Assembly: GCA_002344075.1 (NCBI GenBank)
Contig: DDTM01000057.1
Span: 24,053 to 88,052 of the forward strand
Length of the DNA: 64,000 nucleotides
Direction: 5' to 3'
Source: Bacteroidetes bacterium UBA2364
Lineage (GTDB): Bacteria; Bacteroidota; Rhodothermia; Rhodothermales; UBA2364
Part shown: positions 60,501 to 64,000 of the stretch, piece after piece
How positions within the stretch are numbered: position 1 is the stretch's first letter
Layout: the number at the start of each line of letters is the position of its first letter
The notes under the pieces: model-generated
The model's database searches: none
The model's input: only the letters and a program-made list of their open reading frames with translations
Told to the model about the DNA's origin: nothing
Position numbers and translations under genes: made by a program

Positions 60501-63500
60501 CCGCTTGCCCAACCACGATCTCAGGTGTTGTCCGGCGAAGCGATACCAATGAACCTGTATCCGATGCCTTCGTCCAGATACAGGCCGGCGATGTGACATA
60601 CGCACAAAATACGAATGCAGACGGTTTGTATGTTTTTCAAGGGATTTCAGCAGGGAGTTATACGATCACAGCCCAAAAAACAGGTATTGGTTCTATTCGT
60701 ATTGCAGGTATTCAGGTGGATGCCGCTTCACAACGTCAGGTGGATCTGATGATCATTCGTGAAACAGGGAGTCTTTCCGGTTTTGTCCGAGATGTTAACG
60801 GGGTTGGGCGCTACGACGCCCTCGTAACGATCAATGGCCTAGGACAAAACACACGGACGGCAGCAGACGGCAGTTATCGCATAGACCTTATACCGCCCGG
60901 CGAGTATCGCATAACGGCCTCTTCTACGGGACTTCGGACGACTACCTCGCAACTTACAACGGTTTCGGTGAACCGAGCCACCAGCCTCAGCTTTAGCCTT
61001 GAAGAAGTACGGGGCAATGTTCGGCTAACCATTTATGGGCCGCGAAATGCAACCATCCCAAATGCACTCGTCGAAATTCCCGGCACTAACCTGAACCAAA
61101 GGACCGATGAAAATGGCAACGTTTTATTCGAAAATATACTGGCGGGCACCACGACTTTCCGCGTTTCCACCCCAAACGGCCTTTTTACTCCAAGGACGCA
61201 AACCCTCAGTTTTGCCTTCCTACTCTCGAACGAAGCAAGAGCCTCTATTTTCTTAAACGAAGGCATGGTCGTGCGTGGCTTTGTCCGGAATAACCTCGGA
61301 AGACCGCTTTCGGGTGTACAAGTGCGTATGGAAAGTCGTCCCGATCTGGCTGCAACCACCAATGAACTGGGCGAATACCTCTTGCGTGGTATCGCAGGAT
61401 TCAATGCCGGAACCGTAGCAGGCGTAAATATTCCCGCTTCCACACCACTCATTTTGGCTACCAAGACCGGTTTTCAAACAGGTTCACAGACAGTCACGTT
61501 TGCTTCCGGCGAAACCGTGTTTGCCGATTTTACTCTGCAACCAGCACCCTTCGATCGGCTGTTGGGTTTTCAGATCTTCGTGGAAAACCTACGGGAAGAA
61601 AATGGTCGCCGTTTTGTTTCGGGTGCGCTTACAGCCATTCCCAATACGCCGCTTCTTACTTTAACTCCACAAATACAATTGCCCTTCGACGAACTTGAGA
61701 TAGATGCAAACAACCGTCCCATCGGCGGTAGTGCCCGGCTTTCGATAGGAAATTTGTCGCTACGTTTGTTTGGTATCGAGGCAACATTGCGTGGGCCTAA
61801 TGGCCAACCTCTGGAATTGATTGCGCAGGCAAGCGGTACAGGCGCTATCCGAGGAGAAATCTTGATACAAGCAGACCGCCTGCTCTCGCTAATTCCGGGG
61901 GCATCCGCCACGCCTATCCTCATTTCGCTTCCGGCTTCTTGTAACGCGGGCCCGTGTATTACGGCAGATGGCCTCTCGGCGTTTAATGCAGATATTGTAT
62001 TGCCTAACTTAGACTGGGATATTCAATTATGGGGATATAACCTGAAAATACAACGTCTTATGCTCAATAGGAATGGTCTTTGCCTAAATGGAGAAATACC
62101 CGTAACAGGAATACAACCCATTCGGTTTACCGGGCTTTGTATCTCGTCTGAGGGCCGGATTACAGGGCCAACCATCCCTGAATTTACCTTCGACATCTCG
62201 GCCTTCCACTTCCAGTTACGCACCATTCGTTTTGACGCAGGAGGATTGAGCGCAGCCAGTGGCACCATTGGCATCAACGGCCTTGCTGCAAATGGGGGCC
62301 GTTTATCCATCAACTTCCGAAACCTACGCATTTCCACACAAGGACAAATTGTGCGCGCAGACATAGAGGTTCCAAACAATCGGTTGGCCCTTCCGGGGTT
62401 TCCTGTGAACATCACATCCGCCAGTTTTGTGACCTTGGGTCAAGACATTGCCCTCCGCTTTGGGGGTAATATTCCTTTACCCGACCCAATAGGCCGCAAC
62501 CTGACCCTCCAATCACTCGAAATTGCCCAAAATGGCGCGGTTTCAGCACTCCTTCCCGCCAATACCCGTTTTGATCTGGCGGGCATTCAGGTATTGCTTG
62601 CCAATATAAACCTACAAGTAAATGGGCCTAATATCCGCTTGGATTTGGGAGCCAGCTTAGATTTCCCGATTCCCGGAATGCCCGCGCCTTCTGCCCAAAT
62701 GTACTTCAGCCACCGAAACGGAAACCTGACTTTTGGAGTGAATGAAGTCGCTATGCCACGATTCAGTCTGGGGCCTGTAAGTTTAGACAACCTACGGTTT
62801 GGATACCAGAACCAAACGTTCTCCGGCAGTTTAGATATGGCCATTGCGGGAACGATGGAAGTAGGAGGCTCTTTTAGGTATCGAGATGGCCGTAATTATG
62901 CCTTCGAAGTACGTAATCAAATCCCGATCCCACTCGGCCCGATAGAACTGGCAGGATTTACGGGTGGAATGAACCGACAAAACGATAATTGGCGCTTTTA
63001 TCTGCAAAATGTACAACTGGGCTTCCCCCGCACCCAAGACGGATTGGCTTTAGTGGGCGGCTTAGACGTGCGCCTGTCAAACGGAGGACCACGAATCGAA
63101 ATAGACGGACGTATGACCGCCGCTTCTGGACAACTCACTTTAGGAACAGCTCGCTTATTACTGGATGTACCAAGAGGACGCTTTGAGGGCAATACCACCA
63201 TAGGAAATCCTTTCGATGAGCCAATTCGTTCTGTCGCAAATGCCGAGGGAGCCGTGGATGTTCGTGTGGGATGGCAACCCGGTAGTAACGACTTGCAATA
63301 CTGGTTCGTAGGTGCACGATTAGATGTGGACTTGTTTAGGGTAATCGAGGCAAGAGGACGAATGTTTGCCGGAGCCAATTATCGTCCCTTTGGCGATGTG
63401 GACCAGCGTTTCCGGGATTATTTCAACCACCATCCGGCTACAAATGACATGCTGAATGGGATTTATGTCTCAGGATATAGCGGAGGAAGTTTAGACTTGG

Positions 63501-63823
63501 ATATTATTGAAGGCGGTGCCAATCAGGCCGTTTACTTTTTGTATGACTGGCGACAACGACGCGCCGCCGGTGGAGCCTACGCACGGGTCTATGGCACATT
63601 CGATGTTTATGTAGCATCACTTGGAGCTTCGTTCGATGTAAAAGGCGAGGTCAATTACAATGGCCGCTGGGACATCCAAGGAAGTGCAAATTCTAATCTA
63701 AAAGGAACCGTTTGGCCGTGCGATAGCAATTCTTCTTGCTCGCGCTGGTGTGCGGGGTGCTTGGGCGTCAGCGCTGAATTAACCTACCGAAATGGCAAAT
63801 TTGATGTGGACGTAGATTGGTAA
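57524..63823 (+). CDS. giant secreted protein (2099 aa) with several CarboxypepD_reg-like domains and an unassigned ~750-aa C-terminal region
   Basis: Signal peptide. Repeated modules such as 'ISGVVRRSDTNEPVSDAFVQI...TNADGLYVFQGISAGSYTITA' and 'LSGFVRDVNG...TAADGSYRIDLIPPGEYRITA' span about nt 59250-61560. The start lies 15 nt after the barrel gene. Confidence 0.85.
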   Translation: MSMKTAFSSFLLRLTGFLLLLPMSLRAQSGEWSVLVSGIPSNPPSTVSSLLDLLDSGKITVSVRYTGSNSPTVYVNVLVTSDLAGTTGVAANGVGTALDRAKALGLNTSKILATAFSEAHTMQKGPFSEVRTLRNWAGDLSWRTNYDSKLRNTLIQTNSLPEGQHGLYVWLSTKPDGQGDLVAEYAYSTQFSSPEPPLLLSPLHQTTLQEAYPRFTWQAATASYPMGDVFYQLRIVEVLPGQRPEQALRTNPGYFTTSIKNATQFAYPTDALKLEHGRTYAWEVAALDANNQPIATRFRSEAFSFSYSDPQEQGYVTAIKPTKSDFRAGDRLMVQAQLVPSHHKNPGVWSAFGVEKVLITDDKFNMADLQTPGVFDRLMLSILPGFTPSREVLLLQNQAIQGTEWTLDDVGQSYVLAWRFIGKTVSDNQYSTVQYVLVRSAASAQLRLAQAGNQTSKTLNDPLPFSFTKLPETGWSGLTLKAFLYPVSEAADENATAQTLFGQFSTLHNQPPPGIQTWQQALGSTTNGVLSLPRNDIEGPAFVAFRVEGMINNQVVRSGVGLYKLTQPPSNHVLRRIAGTVTNLAGDPLGSYDVTLRFTTAIGQIRRAITLNTRTDANGMYRFELELPKLEAPTDRDPLSFECSVDGKAYYFSQVREGLLRGQNIDNIDFILSPDRQDFVFMGDVEDEAGFNVEDAQVVFQTRNAALGIAAIWEPLQPYTAQTIGNGKFQIRYSFPTSQTPTEANPKEFRLRVVPPANLTGKLLERTYTGFLTGRDILNFAVELPGVGGQITGRLERMGTGEAMTNGTVELRDANGQTLQRSGLRNGGFAFRNLLPGTYNLYFVKNGYQSALHPHNSILAGGIRVNWADQINVQTLRAKPLDKPFYLSARNRDNEPASSTIFVMNSAQFQAFQSWRLMNTCASAMPLPVLFTYNSVAEANANSEQHLHILPVLDGDFGDVAYHFVYFLSGHGFRMRTVQATTDVPETQQVRLTACPTTISGVVRRSDTNEPVSDAFVQIQAGDVTYAQNTNADGLYVFQGISAGSYTITAQKTGIGSIRIAGIQVDAASQRQVDLMIIRETGSLSGFVRDVNGVGRYDALVTINGLGQNTRTAADGSYRIDLIPPGEYRITASSTGLRTTTSQLTTVSVNRATSLSFSLEEVRGNVRLTIYGPRNATIPNALVEIPGTNLNQRTDENGNVLFENILAGTTTFRVSTPNGLFTPRTQTLSFAFLLSNEARASIFLNEGMVVRGFVRNNLGRPLSGVQVRMESRPDLAATTNELGEYLLRGIAGFNAGTVAGVNIPASTPLILATKTGFQTGSQTVTFASGETVFADFTLQPAPFDRLLGFQIFVENLREENGRRFVSGALTAIPNTPLLTLTPQIQLPFDELEIDANNRPIGGSARLSIGNLSLRLFGIEATLRGPNGQPLELIAQASGTGAIRGEILIQADRLLSLIPGASATPILISLPASCNAGPCITADGLSAFNADIVLPNLDWDIQLWGYNLKIQRLMLNRNGLCLNGEIPVTGIQPIRFTGLCISSEGRITGPTIPEFTFDISAFHFQLRTIRFDAGGLSAASGTIGINGLAANGGRLSINFRNLRISTQGQIVRADIEVPNNRLALPGFPVNITSASFVTLGQDIALRFGGNIPLPDPIGRNLTLQSLEIAQNGAVSALLPANTRFDLAGIQVLLANINLQVNGPNIRLDLGASLDFPIPGMPAPSAQMYFSHRNGNLTFGVNEVAMPRFSLGPVSLDNLRFGYQNQTFSGSLDMAIAGTMEVGGSFRYRDGRNYAFEVRNQIPIPLGPIELAGFTGGMNRQNDNWRFYLQNVQLGFPRTQDGLALVGGLDVRLSNGGPRIEIDGRMTAASGQLTLGTARLLLDVPRGRFEGNTTIGNPFDEPIRSVANAEGAVDVRVGWQPGSNDLQYWFVGARLDVDLFRVIEARGRMFAGANYRPFGDVDQRFRDYFNHHPATNDMLNGIYVSGYSGGSLDLDIIEGGANQAVYFLYDWRQRRAAGGAYARVYGTFDVYVASLGASFDVKGEVNYNGRWDIQGSANSNLKGTVWPCDSNSSCSRWCAGCLGVSAELTYRNGKFDVDVDW

Positions 63824-63891
63824 TACGCCATGTTTGCACCCGATAACACCATCTAAGTTATTTTGAGTAAAGTATAAAAAACCATAGACCT

Positions 63892-64000
63892 ATGAAAAAA
63901 GTTCTTTGCTTGCTATTTTGCATCTGCGTTCACTTAATGGGGGGCCGTGTAGTAGCACAAGATGGCGGCTTTGCCCTTCGCGGTCCTGGCGGTGTCGTGT
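63892..64000 (+). CDS. 5' end of a secreted hypothetical protein (truncated by window end)
   Basis: ATG followed by 'MKKVLCLLFCICVHLMGGRVVAQ', which is signal-peptide-like. Only 36 codons are visible. Confidence 0.4.
   Translation, partial: MKKVLCLLFCICVHLMGGRVVAQDGGFALRGPGGVV

Overview
Densely coding 64-kb chromosomal segment with background GC of about 50% (hand counts of single 60-nt lines). It probably comes from a Bacteroidota/FCB-group bacterium: one protein has a T9SS-type C-terminal sorting domain, a TonB-dependent receptor starts with a CarboxypepD_reg-like domain, and there are many lipoprotein signal peptides. I found no rRNA, tRNA, CRISPR array, transposase, integrase or phage gene. 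Housekeeping genes are pheS-pheT-(coiled-coil ORF)-zapA, gmk and mnmA. Accessory content, in order: (1) scattered exported CAZymes (GH127, GH20), a CotH-family protein and two tandem secreted paralogs. (2) A beta-1,3/1,6-glucan (laminarin-type) locus at 22.7-34.5 kb with no SusC/SusD pair. It encodes a 1045-aa clan GH-A glycosidase fused to a putative beta-barrel, a glycan-binding lipoprotein, GH16, a 1135-aa cytoplasmic GH94/GH149-like putative phosphorylase, GH30 and a GPH/MFS symporter. Its distal half drops to about 30% GC. (3) A six-gene minus-strand cluster at 34.7-42.9 kb: GbsR-like regulator, TonB-dependent receptor, KAS III homolog lacking the catalytic His and Asn, Na+/solute symporter, acyl-CoA ligase and lipoprotein alpha/beta hydrolase. 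(4) A second low-GC island at 44.2-47.7 kb carrying an M1 aminopeptidase homolog in which every zinc and catalytic residue is substituted. (5) An ECF sigma factor plus Ser/Thr kinase-TPR pair, followed by a predicted outer-membrane barrel and a 2099-aa secreted protein. All family assignments come from motifs read by eye. No database search was run.
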